DNA from: Octopus sinensis
Taxonomy: Eukaryota
Assembly (NCBI RefSeq): GCF_006345805.1
Contig: NC_043002.1
Span: 35,464,001-35,528,000, forward strand
Reading direction: 5' to 3'
Length of the DNA stretch: 64,000 nt
The translations under genes and the position numbers were made by a program. Every line of letters starts with the position of its first letter. Within the stretch, counting starts at the first letter, position 1. Positions 48,205 through 61,590 of the stretch are shown here, piece after piece. Under the pieces are notes generated by a model. The model was given only the letters and a program-made list of their open reading frames with translations. It had not been told where the DNA came from and did not search any database.

Positions 48205-49044
48205 CAAGGGGGTACCCAAAAATAACTGGAAACGTTCTCTGTGGGAAAAACCTGTTGCAGTTCAGGCTTCTGCTACTAGAAGCCACTTGATGTGACCCTT
48301 AGGCATCAGTCTATTGACTAGCGTCATTGGGTGAAGTCGCACTTCCACATGGCACGTTTATGTTTTGCAGTGCTCCTGTGTTTGTCAATTTTTGCAATGG
48401 CTGAAATAAAGGAACACCGTGCTTCCTGAAATTCTGTTTTCTGCTGCAGAAAACAATGGGCTTCAAATAGCTTACAAGGACACCACCATGAGCAAAACAG
48501 AGGTTTACAAGTGATTTCCATGCTTCAGGAATGGTCATTTGTTGCTTGAAAGTCAACCTTGTTCAGGACACCCACTGAGCTCCCGAATGAAAACATGAAA
48601 ATTCATGAATTGATCTTGGAGGACCACCACCAAACAACTGAACTTGTTGATATGATTGGGGTTTCCTGGAGCTCCTCCCAACGAATTTTGAGAGGAATTG
48701 TGAATGAAAGGAGTTGCAGTAAAATTTGTGCCTAGCTTGCTCAAGGAAGATCAAAAGTAGTCATGAGTGAATGTGTATCATGAACCGAAAGAACAGGAGC
48801 ATCACTGGTGACGAATGCTGTGCTATGGAATTCGCAGATGTGGTAGAGGTGAAGAAAAAACGATGGAGGTGTTAAAAGGCATCACTTTGCAAGAGTTCCA
48901 GCATTGCTTCAAATAGTGGAAAATGCACCTGGACTAATGCATTGCTTCAAACTGAGAATACTCTGAAGGTGATAAAAGTGTAAACGTGTAAAACTAAGTA
49001 AATAAAATATTGCAAAATTCTGGTTTCTTTTAGGTACCCCCTTG
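48205..49044 (+). mobile_element. Internally deleted mariner transposon (840 bp)
   Basis: TA|CAAGGGGGTACCC ... GGTACCCCCTTG|TA TIRs; degenerate transposase N-terminus (KFCFLL.KT; VAVKFVPSLL). Confidence 0.85.
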
Positions 49045-49587
49045 TATGATTGCAGGAAAATACCTCAGGAACTTCATCTTAAATACACATATGGAAGGGT
49101 TTTACATATAAAGACATGAAAAACCTCAGTTAACTAAGATTATCTTACTAAGTGTGTTTAAAATCTAAAAAGAAGGTAACTTCTATAAAGACATTTGAAA
49201 TTTTGGAGAAATATAGACAAATGTAGGTGGGAAGGGATTTTGCCTTGAAAAAGGCAACTGACAAAAGCAGTGGAGTGAAGAAGAGTGAGTGGGGGTGAGA
49301 GAGTAATGATACTGATTACAAATATCAACAGAATTTCATAACACTATATACAACCTCAAAATTCCATTACAAATATAATCTCAACATTCTGTTACAATTT
49401 AGCACACTAAACAAATCTAAGACAAAAATTACAGATTCTGGTCTTAAAACATAAAATGCAAATTCCAAAATCAAAATATTTTTCAACCACAGTGGTATTC
49501 CAGTGGTATTGTAGCAAAACTGACAAGTGAAATATTTTTATGAGCAAGCACAAATATATTGACAATATATCTTAATATTTAAAGCAG

Positions 49588-49627
<40 letters not shown>

Positions 49628-50099
49628 CACGCATGCATGCATGTTCCTAATGCATTAGAAAACTTAGATACCGATGTTGACATATAGGGTATCAAAAGAT
49701 TAAGTTAATCTTTCAGCTACCAAATAAACATTTTCATTTACATAACAAAAATTTTATCTTTCTGTAAGTCAACTATTGTAAACGACATTTTATACCATGA
49801 TGATGACATTTTCTGCACAAGTTTGTATATGTGTTTGCTAAGTACTTTAGGCCAATGACTGAAATATGTGTATGTGAATATACATACATTTTTGTGATGA
49901 CTGACACACACACACACACCTAAAGAGAGAGACAAACACAGGGACAGAGATACACCTGAGGCATGCGCTAATGTATGTATGCGAGTATGTTAGACTGTGT
50001 GCATGACTGTGATAATTTTTATACATTAGGCCTCAGATAAACACATCTACACATACATATGTACATGAGTGTGTGTGTCAGTGAGTGTATTTCCGCATT

Positions 50100-50860
50100 C
50101 ATTACATCAATAGTAAAGGACATTTATGCAACTATCCCCTCCTCAATGAGGGAAGAGCTGCTCACTCTATGTTCAATCTCCCTCTAAACCTTGCAACGAA
50201 AGAATCTCAAATGTGTTGCATTTTCAAAAATTCTGCAATGGCAACAGTTCAACAAACTTGCCTCATTGTTTGGGATGAGTGCACTGTCACATCATGGAAC
50301 TCTAGAGGTACTTGACTGTACCCTCCAAGACAAAAAACAATAGCACGCTTGTGGGAGAAGTAATGGTTCTTGCAGATTTGTCAAATGTTTTTGGTTATCC
50401 CCAAAGGAACAAAAGCTGACGAGGCCATGCATGCCTACAAAAATCATATGTTTGGAGACATGTAAAAAAAATTTCATCTTACAAGAGATTTCATCTTACA
50501 AAGTGATGATACAATCTTTTCAAGATTGGCAATGGGATATTAACATTCAACTCAAGACTTCAGCTACATGAAATTACATACAATCAAATAATACTATTTC
50601 TTAAGGATCCTATGGATAAAGTATTTCCTAGTTTATCTGTCAATTACACTGATGTAAACTGGCTATATAAAAGAGCTATACTGGCTCAAACTAATGAAAT
50701 GGTTGATAAACTCAGTCATGAACTTCTTCAAAAGTTAACATATCTCAGAAATGACTCTTCAGTTCGAAATTCTATTATTATGATTTTGATATTTTTTTTA
50801 TTGTTTGCTAATCTGAATAAGAACAGCAATAACCCAGGCAATGCCAGGTCATTCAGCTAG
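50100..50860 (+). mobile_element. Helitron remnant with PIF1-type helicase fragments and canonical 3' end
   Basis: GRAAHSMFNLPLNL..KNSAMA..LIVWDEC helicase motifs; CCCAGGCAATGCCAGG hairpin then ATTCAGCTAG|T at 50860; 5' boundary unknown. Confidence 0.8.
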
Positions 50861-51099
50861 TATACTATATACAAATACCTACATGCATACAAACTACTAT
50901 ATACATATTTGTCTATATTCACATACACAAGTACTAGTTGTATAGATGAAGACCGTCTTGAAGTGATGTGAACCAAAAGTTGTTAAATCACGCAAAAAGT
51001 GCAGAATTCAGTCATTAACTACACTGCAACAAAAAAAAAAAAAAAAAAATGAAGTTAGGAAAGAAACTGATATATGTGAACAAACACACAATTATATGC

Positions 51100-51146
<47 letters not shown>

Positions 51147-51164
51147 CAAAACTGAGGGGGACAG

Positions 51165-52810
51165 TGATGCAAGTGCAGAGGAGTTCTATGGGGGTGTGTA
51201 GAACTGTCAACACTACTACCAGCTTGTTATGAGCAAGGTCCAAATGAGCTTAAGAAAGAGTAAGACTCTTTCTTCAAGGAAGATAAGCTACAGGAGAGGT
51301 ACACAGTAGAAGTGAAGAATAGGTTCAGTGCTCTGTGTGGAGAGAGAGAGGAAAGAGAAATTGGCGGGACTGAGGAGAGTGTGACGAGGAGGTAAGAGTA
51401 CTTCACCAAAGCAGTGGAAGAAGCAAGTGAGGTCCTGGTGCTGAGGAGAGAGAAGAGGAGGAATGCCAGCTTTGTAGACCTAAAAGTGTGTGCCGCTAGA
51501 GAACACCTGAAAGCTACCAAGGACCAATTCCTTGCTGAACTTATGGAGGAGAGGAAGGAGAATGTGGAGGTGATGAAGAAAGCACTCTGTACTACTTACA
51601 CTGAGGCTAGAGAAGAGGCATTGATGGAGAAGATCAGAAGTGTGAAGAGAGCAGTTGATGGGTCTAAGTGTAAAGAGAGCTGGACAATCATCAAGAAGAT
51701 CATGGGGAGGAAGAGAAGGAGTTTGTGTCAGATCCAGGGAACAGGGCCCGAGAATAGGAAGAGTAAATGGCTGGACCATTTTAAGACCCTACTAGGAGAG
51801 CCACCTTCCACAACCCAGAACACTAGGGAGATCGGGCAGCTATTTGAGGAACTAGATATTGAGACAAGACCCTTCACCAAAGAGGAGCTTCAGAGAGCCA
51901 AGAAGATCAAGGATGGAAAGGCCCATGGAAAAGATGGAGTAGTACCAGAGGTGATGAATGTGTGATTTTGATATCGTCCTGGAATTCTGTAACTAGGCAC
52001 TAGAAAAAAGGGTTGCCCTGAATCAGTGGAGGATCAGTAACATCGCCCCAGTACTAAAGAAGGGAGATCTCTCTTATACCAACAACTACAGGGGATCTTA
52101 CTGATGTCACTGGTAGCAAAGACCCTCAACAAGATGATTCTTAACAGGATCCAGCTTGAGATGGAGAAGCTCAACCACCAGTCACATCCTAACGCTGAGG
52201 AGGATATTAGAAGGAGCTAGAGCAAAGAGTCTTCCTGCTGTTGTGGTTTTCATTGACTTTATGAAGGCCTTTGATTCTGTGGACTGTCACCACTTGATGA
52301 AGATCATACAGGCTTATGGAATCCCCAAGAAGATAGACTTGATATCACTGCTCTACAATACCAGAGCCCAAGTCATTACACCTGACAGGATGACAGAGCT
52401 CTTTGAGATACTGGCTAGAGTGCTCCAGGGCTCTCTACATTTTTATCATCACAGTGCCCTGTGCTGGAGAACATCAAGACACTGGCTTTACTGTAGCACT
52501 GGCTCAGAGCAGGAGGGTCAAGGCTAAAAAGATATCAGAAGCTGAACTTGCTGACAACAAAGTTCTGGTGACAAACACAGTAAGGGAGGCAGAGAAATTG
52601 ATGCAGGAGGTGGAGACTGTGTCAATGAGTGTGGTGCTGAAAATGAATGAGAATAAGATGAAGTATCTGGTAAAGAACATTAAGTCAGAGAAGATTATGA
52701 ATGTAGGCGGTAAACTACTAGAGTTGGTTGAGGACTTCCTGTAGCCGGGAGTAAAGACTGGAAACACAGAGGATAACATAGTTGAGAGGAAGAGCAAAGC
52801 CTGGGTGGCA
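51165..52810 (+). mobile_element. Degraded RTE-like LINE (linker and RT)
   Basis: KDGKAHGKDGV, STTSHILTLRRILEG, FIDFMKAFDSV, AYGIP in track ORFs; similar in type to the 24300-26830 relic. Confidence 0.8.
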
Positions 52811-53633
52811 TGCCACAGTTCGAGATCTGAATGGAAGTTTTTTAATTTATTATCAATAACCTTGTATGAATTATACTGACATTTGCAACATTAGTAGAAA
52901 GTTTGATATCAAACAGAATTGTTGAGCTCAATGATGCTTGAAAAGAGAGGATGAATTCTCTTTCATGATTGGATTAAAAACTCTTTACCAGTAAATTAAA
53001 GAACCTGAAAGCAGCATCTTTCATAGACAAATAAATTAGAAAACTATACCTTAAAACGATCAAAAACTCAATGTAGAGTCAGGGGAATCTAGTGTGCTAA
53101 TTTAAAGATAAGCATGATTAGAATAAAAAGAAATTATCTACATACACACATGTAGGTCATGCCATGAAATAGCTGGCATAGGAAGGGCATACAGCTTTAA
53201 AAACTTTAAAAAAAAATTTTTTTTAATCAAGGTTGGAACAAATGCAGCTGCATAGAGGGGACTAAGTCTCAGATAACCTCAAGTGCCAGTAGAGCATCTA
53301 ACAAAAGAAACAAGATATATGTAACAGTAAACACAGCCAATTTTCTTGTTGCATATTGCAGATGATGAAGGACTAACAATTAATGAGATGCTTGGAGACC
53401 TCATCCAAACCATGCCCACATAAGAAAAAATATATTTTACCTCATCACCTTGCTTGGAAACAAGTGAGGGTTGGCAACAAGGACATCTGGCTGTAGAAAA
53501 TCTGCCATTAAATTATGTTCAACCTATAGCTATTTCCAGGCTAAGTGATGTTTTATATACATTAAAATTGTTATAAACAACACCAATGAAATATTACTTA
53601 TCAAGTGGAAATATTAAGGACAAATCCTATATG

Positions 53634-53639
53634 TTTATT
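53634..53639 (-). terminator. Candidate TPX2 polyadenylation signal AATAAA
   Basis: AATAAA on minus ~480 nt after the stop codon; AT-rich context, so tentative. Confidence 0.35.
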
Positions 53640-54114
53640 TTAAAAAGAATTAAATTAAGATTTTAATGTTATCTTCACTAAATTCACAAATCTCTAGCAT
53701 AAACTGAAGATAAGTAATATTCAGGTATTTTTGTGTTGCTTTTATATCTAGCAGGCAGAAAGAAGGATGAACAAGATTGTGTCACAGTTTTCTCTCAAGG
53801 CCATTAGTGATACAAGTTAGATGAAATGAACCACCAACATCTTATGTAATGCTATGCCATACACAAAGAAAATCAAATTGTGACAAGGAAATGCCTTAAT
53901 AACAGACACTGACTTTTCAGAAGAAAATGAGAAATGAAAAAAAACAAAAAAAAACAGGTCAATGAGAGTAGGTGTATGGCTGGTCAGAATTATCACCTGG
54001 TTCTTGAAGAGAAACAAAGTTGAAATATTAAAATATTTAAAGTAAATTCATCTTCATGAATAGGAACAATCTAAAAGATCTAAGAACCAAGAAAGAATCA
54101 AACACCTTGAAACC

Positions 54115-54413
54115 TTAGTTGTCAGCTTTCACATTGCGCACACGGCTCTTATAACAGAATTTTGGAGTCTGAGGAATAGTAGGGGGTAGCAAATTACGCT
54201 GAATCTCAACTGCTTTATAATGTCGAATTGGCTTGGCTTTGTGTACAGCCTCAGCCCTTAGCCGTTGGATTTCTCTCTCTTCTTCCTCTTTCCTCAGCTG
54301 TTCCTGCTCCATTTGTGATGCCTGTACCTCCATCTCATGTGCCTTCTTCTTCTCAAAATACTGCTGACGTTGAGCTTGACGCACCTCTGTGTTTAGCTTG
54401 AACTCAGCAACCT
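54115..54413 (-). CDS. TPX2: TPX2 terminal coding exon
   Basis: TTTACAG|AG phase-1 entry; EFKLNTEVRQAQR..EEEEREIQRLRAEAVHKAKPIRHYK..PTIPQTPKF..stop matches the TPX2 C-terminal HKAxPIRxY / TxPxxPKF motifs. Confidence 0.95.
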
Positions 54414-56158
54414 CTGTAAATGGGAAGATATTTTTGAGTAGGGTCATTGGCAAATGTTTGTAGAAAAAAATATTTACTGAAATTGTGGGAGAGAGGTATA
54501 ACTTGGGACCTATTGTTTGAGGTTGTGAATGTCATGGCTGTTGCTAAAACTAATATTTTATATTAGTTATCAAGGATTTCACATAAAACTATAGAAATGG
54601 TTCAATATTAACACTTTTGATTGTCATAAATTAGAGTTAACGTCTTTAGTTTCACATTCAATAGTTTTAAGAGGAACTATAGCCATCACTTCATGAATGT
54701 ATAGTGTCCTTTCTAAATTAAATCTGATTTCATTTATACTGGTTTTAGAATATTTTCCATGTAGCATATGTATTCCTGGTCTGATCCATCAAACAATACT
54801 TATTGTATTACTTCAACCAAAACCACCTCACTATATCAAGAGTGCAATGATAAAAATCCCTATAACAGATTAACAATTTTTAACAGTGGCATAAGGCCAC
54901 AAATTTTGAAGGACATCTGTATGAATAGAAGTGAAATTATCTGTCTGAGACTCCTGTATCTCAGTCTACATAGACATACACCTTTTTGGAATCGGGATGA
55001 TTACGAGATTGAGAATCTAACCATTTGGTTCTTGAACATCCAGTATTGGGATCTGATGCAAGAGTATTTGAACTGCTATTTCTAACACGTAAAGCGTTTT
55101 CCAAACGGTTTACTTAGCTATAATAATAATAATAAACGCAATGGTCTGAGCCACAAAACTATCCAAAAGCTTTTTGACACCATTGTAATAAACTTAAAAA
55201 AAAAAAGGCATTGGAAAACCGATTATAGCAGTGATTCCATATAAGAATATCTGAAGAAGGAATATTATTCCGAAATATCGTATCAGACTAAGGATAACTA
55301 AATTACAATAGGTATATAGCCTGTTGTCTGTATTATAGTGCATTGTTATACCACTTAAAACTTTATTCTTTACAAACAATACACAATGCTTCAAGCGAAC
55401 TACACCACTCTCCTTTAATATCAATACTTTGTGACAATTACTTATGCTACCTACAATAATAAACGCAATATTCTGTCTGTCAACCAAGAATGTTGTTCAT
55501 CCTGTTGCTTTACAGTGATACAAAATTTTCCAAATGTGATATTCTGTGATATAAACCCGAGATGGTAGGATACCAATAAATATTTTATTATTGCTCTCTT
55601 TAGTTTTGCGCTGAAGTCCCAATTAGCCCTCTGCAGGAGCTAACTGGAAAGTCTGCACAGAGTGTGGCTTTTAAGCTAGTGTATAATATAACCCAAAAGA
55701 AAAGGAAAAGTCAACTCCAGTGGACTTTGAGCACAGAAAGACATTGGCTACATAGCTAAATAATTTCAAGGTTGAGGTGGGCTTAATTTCATGAACCCTA
55801 CTGAATGACAGTATATCAACCTGATAAAAACAATTGGCACTGACAGGATCTGAACTCAGAACAGACAAGTTGCCACTCTACTGCCCTTATATGATAATGC
55901 TTTATTCACAGACAAAATTAATGTGAGGTTTATCCCTTTTTCAAAAGAATCAACAATATAAGTCAATGATGAATCATACACAAGTGGTAAGTGACCATGT
56001 ATTTTGAGGCCAACACACAAAAATTGAGGCAGTCAAAGCCTGTCTGAAGACATACAAGTAAAATGTGGGTGCAGTAGGAAACAACGTGTCTACTTCAAAT
56101 GCTTGCAATAGAGTGATGAAGGAACTTCAATTTAATCACTTGAGCAGTTGAAAGAACC

Positions 56159-56640
56159 TGGAATCCCTATCTTGCTCAGAACATTGACCTCCTGGAATCT
56201 GTCCAGAGACGTGCAACCAAACGCATACCCTCCATCAGACACCTACCATATTCTGAGCGCCTTGTTTCCCTGGGCATGGATTCACTGAAGCTCCGGCGTC
56301 TGGCGACGGACTTGGTAAACACCCACAAGGTTATCAACCACCTCACCAACAACAACACTGAACACCTTTTTGATCTCCATGTGTCTAACACACGTGGACA
56401 TGCCTACAAAGTCAGAAAACAGCACAGCTCCCATGACTTTCGGAAACATTTTTTCACGCTCAGAGTTGCTGAAGCGTGGAATAAACTGCCTGCATCAGTT
56501 GTTGACTGCCATGACACTGCATCCTTTAAGGCCCTCATGCTTCCCGAAATCCGTCGAAACTACACCTGATTATATATACACTTTAGATGAGTTGTAGTGC
56601 ACCTGAGCACTGTACAAAATTATTATTATTATTATTATTT
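56159..56640 (+). mobile_element. Young CR1-clade LINE 3' fragment (family 1) with (TAT)n tail
   Basis: About 99% identical to the reverse complement of ~19530-19990. Confidence 0.92.
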
Positions 56641-57187
56641 ATCAAATCACAATTTAACAGCCTTGAGTGCATTAAGAAAATCTGGGATAAATATGGATGG
56701 AATTGCTTTAATTAAAATTTGCTTTGTCAAAGCTGACATGATGCTAAGAAACAACTGTAACTTTTCTAAATACACTTGAGGACTAGAGGGTGTTATTAAT
56801 AAAGGAATGTAAAACAACAGACATTATAGGGAACATCAGCAAGATAACATCAATCTTCAGATCAAATAGAATGGCAAAATCATGTCCCAAATGTTCTATA
56901 ATGACCTTCTCCATCACTTTCAACTGACAATATAAGACCAATTACTTCAAAACAGGAAGCTACAATAAATATGGTTGACAGAAGTGGCCCTAATATATTA
57001 CTAACGTACATTCTGACTCAAGAAGAATGAATATTGAAGAACCTCAGTTGTATTTAAATACTGAATACAAAAAGTAATACATTCTATGGTATTTTAGTCT
57101 AACCATGCCATTTCTACCCCTCCCCCGTTCCTTATTTCTGAAATCCAATACAAAACCAGACATTCACAGGATGTAGTCAATACTTAC

Positions 57188-57299
57188 CAACTGTGCATTT
57201 ATGATCCAGTTGTGGTACAAATGGGGTTTTATTGATGATATCACAAGGTTGTGCTTTAAACTTCATATTTTCTTCAAATAATCTGGCTTCCTCTTCAAG
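57188..57299 (-). CDS. TPX2: TPX2 coding exon (112 bp)
   Basis: TTACAG|CTTGAA...G|GTAAGT; LEEEARLFEENMKFKAQPCDIINKTPFVPQLDHKCTV; FKAxP repeat. Confidence 0.93.
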
Positions 57300-59540
57300 C
57301 TGTAATCAATTACATTCAATTATATATCAATTTATAGAAGTAATAGCATTAAAAATTTTTTTTTAAATGGAAACTTCAGTGAAACAGAAGACAATCTATT
57401 AAATGTACTGATGGTGTAACAAATCCATGTAAGCCTTCCTTCCCCACCATTACCACACACATATCTATCTTTTCAGCCAGTTATATCTTAATCAAGGCTA
57501 GAAATGTCAAACTGAAAATATTTCCTCAGTTTCTACAAGATTTTGATGGGGTGGTGTATAGCTCAAATTTTATGGCACTAAAATGAAGAAAAAAAATTAA
57601 AGTGGTAGATTACTAACCTTATAGCAGGCCTCTGCTACAGATTACTTTAACTAAATCACTATACTGGTGCAGACTCCATGAGCATGACATATAGTATATG
57701 AACAATCACTGTCTTCTGCAAACACCAGACCTAACCGCAATACTTCCTTCCAGGTTTTCTTCCTCCAGCAGCACATTAACATGTTCAGCCAATGCACAAC
57801 AGAACACAATCCACTTTAGCACAGTGTCATGCATGTGCACATCATTTTCCAGTATAGTACAACATTAGGTTGTAAATGTTTCATATTACCACAATAAGAA
57901 ACCCTTTTGTTACCAACAGAGGGAACAGCTCTTAACTTATTCTCACAAATCTCATCTTCACTGTTTTCTGCAGGAGCCTGTCTTCATACATACATTACAT
58001 ACCCAGGTAATAGAAGCAACAGATTAACCATCTGCATAATTCAAGGACTTCATTCATCATTACTTAACTACTCCAGTGCACATCTGGTTCTGCCAGTATG
58101 TCAAATTCCCATGTATATTTGCACTGAGACCACAATTTTGATTTCCTGCTAGCTTTAAACACAGAGCAATTTTTCAGACAGTACCGAGACTTTGAGCTGT
58201 TAAAAACTAGCATTTTGGTCTTTGCCATGTTGACAATTAGTCATTTGCATGTATGATAATTTTAAAGGTGATGGGAGAACTATAAGTAAAAAGCTAAAGT
58301 GAACATTAAGTAATGTAAATTGTGGATGGAGACATTTGAATCAGCCCACATTAGAGATTCTTCTTAATTTATTGCTCTAACAAATGAAGAAAATCACAAA
58401 TTAGCAATTATTTCATGGTAAAGCTGTGGTAAAGGCAACAAGAAACGGAAGGAAGATTGCATTCAAATATGAGGTTAAAACATCTAGATACTAAGAACAA
58501 TGAAGTTTGTGAAGTTGCAACTTAGTGATTGTCCTCAGATGAAGACAATATTTGACAAGTGACAGCATCTACCCATACTTTTTTTTTTCTTTAGTCAACT
58601 GTATATTAATCTACAAGATTAACATACATTTGACTAAATAAAACAAAAACAAGTAAATACAATCTGCATAGAGTTAACATTAAAATTATGGAAAGCCATG
58701 AAGCTAAAATGTTCGCAAATGGTACAGAAGACAGTGTATTTGTATTGCACTTTTATAGCATTAGCTACCTCAATCTTCAGGTAAAAAAGATGGGGGGGTG
58801 GGTTTGTTTGCATTTCAGTTTCCTACAGAGAATAAACCAACATATTCCTAATTCTACATCTTCTGTACTAAGCCAACAACGAATCCTCTATGTATTACTC
58901 AACCAGAAATAACAGCCAGCTCTCTCTCAAATAACATCCTAGTGTCTTAAAAATAGATGCATTAACAATGTGATCCCAAATTCTCTACACAGAGGAGGAA
59001 GATGGTTATCTGATCATAGGTTTGCTCAATCAAGTTTAAGCAGCCTTGTATAAGCCTTTCATACAGCTTCAAATTCTTTATACCCTTCATTTCTGCTTCC
59101 AGTTCTCATTTCTAAGTGGTTCTTGGGTCTCCCTATTCTTGCTGGTACCCATATATATATTTGCTGCACTCAGCTGTTACTAGACCCTCCTTCTAGCCTG
59201 GCACAGTTTGTATATTCTAGATTCCTGAATTGGAGATTTTTAAGGCCAAAATGCACTTTAGATGGTTAACTTTTCAAAAAAAAAAAAAAAAAAAAAAAAG
59301 GAAAACCCAAAGACATCACATTTGAAGCATGGAGGCTTTCTTAAATGAGATAGGAAAGTTCATTTTGCTCTGCTTGGTTTCCACAAAATTTTTTATGCAG
59401 CACAAGTACAAAACACACTCAACCTGAAACCCCAGTTGACTATCCTTTAACTAACATGGCAGAAGGTACTATGGTGCTACTAGAGGGTGTCTCTGCATTT
59501 ACATGGTGAACAAGAAAATACTAGCCACAAAATAACTCAC

Positions 59541-59684
59541 CTGACGCTGTTTCTCTTCAATCCTCTTTTCAACACGTTCTTCAATTAACAATTTGAATGG
59601 CTCTTGTTTTGTCAAAACCAAAGGCTTTTTGGCAGGGAGACCAGGCTTATAATTAGGGATTGGATTGGCATAAAATTCAGATAC
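59541..59684 (-). CDS. TPX2: TPX2 coding exon (144 bp)
   Basis: TTTTAG|GTATCT...CAG|GTGAGT; VSEFYANPIPNYKPGLPAKKPLVLTKQEPFKLLIEERVEKRIEEKQRQ. Confidence 0.93.
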
Positions 59685-60159
59685 CTAAAAAAGAAAAGCA
59701 AATAAGTATGTTATAATATAGCTACGTTTTTCTATGCTGGCGAATTTTAGCATACATGCAGATATAGAAAATACAACCAAATCTCCTTCAAATTACACCT
59801 CGTGATCTTGAAAATAAGAGAGTCCCCAATACAGTCACATATACTGTGGTCCCAAATATGCAATGCCTAGCTTTATACTTCATAACTGAAGTGTGACACA
59901 GAAGTGTCACACCAAATGAGTGGTGTAATAGTGTTAGAAAATGATACAAATAAAAGACTACATCATTGTTTTGAAGTCCACTTTTCAATGCTTGCACAGG
60001 TTGGAGGGAATTAACTGCGGCAAATTTCAAGGTAACATGTCCCCAGACAGACATATTTTCTGCAGAATTAGAAATGAAGGACATTGCTTGTATCATATAT
60101 TAAGACAAAGCGACATAAAGATACACTCAAACACATGTGTGTATTTATCACACACACAA

Positions 60160-60320
60160 TGAGCCTTTTTCAATTTCCATTTACCAAATCCATTTGCAAG
60201 GCTTTGGTTGGCCCAGACTATAGATGAACACACTTGCCCAAGGTGCCACACAGCAGGGCTGAACTTGAAACTATGTGGGTAGGAAGCAAATTTCTCAACC
60301 ACACTGGTGCCTACAGAGAC
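60160..60320 (-). mobile_element. SINE family B head
   Basis: CAAGGCTTTGGTTGGCCC..ACACTTGCCCAAGGTGCCAC..GGAAGCAA. Confidence 0.7.
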
Positions 60321-61168
60321 ACCAAATTGATGCACCAGATTATAAAATCAAAGTTGTAGTATAACTGATTAGCAAAAGGATTACATGAGATGCAGTAAAA
60401 CAGAGTAACTCTGATGCTCTCTTCTTATTCAAGTAACTATAGAAGTTTTTAGCTATACCAAGTATTCCTTGACTTGGAGAAGATCTTTAATAGAGTAAAT
60501 TTTAGTATATCTAAAAAGCAGATGTGAATGAATAGTTTGTGGGAGCCATGTAAAAAGTAACAGTGCAATCTATCATTTCTGCAATATTATCTTATTAATT
60601 ATGTCTTATAGTATGGTCATGGTAGAGGAGCTGTTACTCTGTTCATTCGGATCATGGGACACGCAGATTAAATTTTACTTTGAAACTATCAATTCAAATT
60701 TAGGCAATTTGGCAATTTAGCCTGCTAGCTAACGTGTGCTTTTCAATAAATAGCTCATCAACTAATAAGCTTCTAGAATGATGCATTATTTTGTGGCTGT
60801 GCTTGGAAGAGTTCATAATGGGTGTTGTCAATACTGGTTTTAAAGGCCTAATACATATGTAATTACATTTGGCAAAAGAAAGACTTTACAATTAGTTTAC
60901 ATTTAACTGAGAAATAATGTACACATCACCTGGCAGCAATAATGTTTAAAGAGCTAGTCTCAACTTGCATTTACAAAATGAAATTTTTGTTAACTTATTT
61001 TGGGACAACAATGACATGCCACCACTTATCTAACTTCAACAACAAAATCTGCTGAAAATTATTCCAGGATACTAGCTTGAAAAATCACTAAATAATAAAT
61101 ACATGCATACATAAATATATGACTGTCTTACTAATAGTAACTTCTCTCCAAATAAAACCAATGCAAAC

Positions 61169-61345
61169 CTTTTCACTCTCCTCTTTTATTTTCTTAATAT
61201 GCTCTTCTTTTTTCATCAAATACTCCCTCATCCGATCATCAAAAGTGAAAGGTTCTATCACTGTACACCGATGGTCTAATTTTGGTTCAAACCTTATGCC
61301 ACTGTGGATGTAAGGTCTGAACTTTGGCTTCTTTATCAAATTCTC
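61169..61345 (-). CDS. TPX2: TPX2 coding exon (177 bp)
   Basis: TTACAG|GAGAAT...AAG|GTTTGC; ENLIKKPKFRPYIHSGIRFEPKLDHRCTVIEPFTFDDRMREYLMKKEEHIKKIKEESEK. Confidence 0.93.
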
Positions 61346-61389
61346 CTGTAAATAAATAAATGAATAAATATATATATAAAGTTAATCCA

Positions 61390-61590
61390 AACAAGAAAAC
61401 AAAAAAACACAAGGACATGGAACAAATAAAGTATTATTGGACGCCCAGGAAAGAAGGAGGGTTTAACGTTTCGAGCGGAGCTCTTCGTCGGAAACATAGG
61501 AGAAGGAAAGATCCCAAGAAGGGAAGACAGAAGAAAGTAAAAAAAAAAAAAAAAATCCCCAGTGGTACTCACGAGGTCACATACTGAATA
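61390..61590 (-). mobile_element. Penelope-like terminal fragment
   Basis: Pyrimidine-rich tract followed by a hammerhead-like motif, same layout as 4160-4330; boundaries approximate. Confidence 0.5.
61461..61497 (-). ncRNA. Minimal type-I hammerhead ribozyme motif
   Basis: AUGUUU CCGACGA A GAGC-UCC-GCUC GAAACGUU AAAC: stem I GUUU/AAAC, core C(C)GACGA, stem II, GAAAC, palindromic ACGU and a GUU triplet. Confidence 0.6.

Noticed and set aside
54027-54033. CPE-like TTTTAAT in the TPX2 3' UTR
   Set aside because: About 390 nt from the candidate AATAAA and expected by chance in AT-rich sequence
57600-59200. Very old RTE C-terminal remnants on the minus strand
   Set aside because: Only scattered motifs (e.g. 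IGRPK); too degraded to give boundaries
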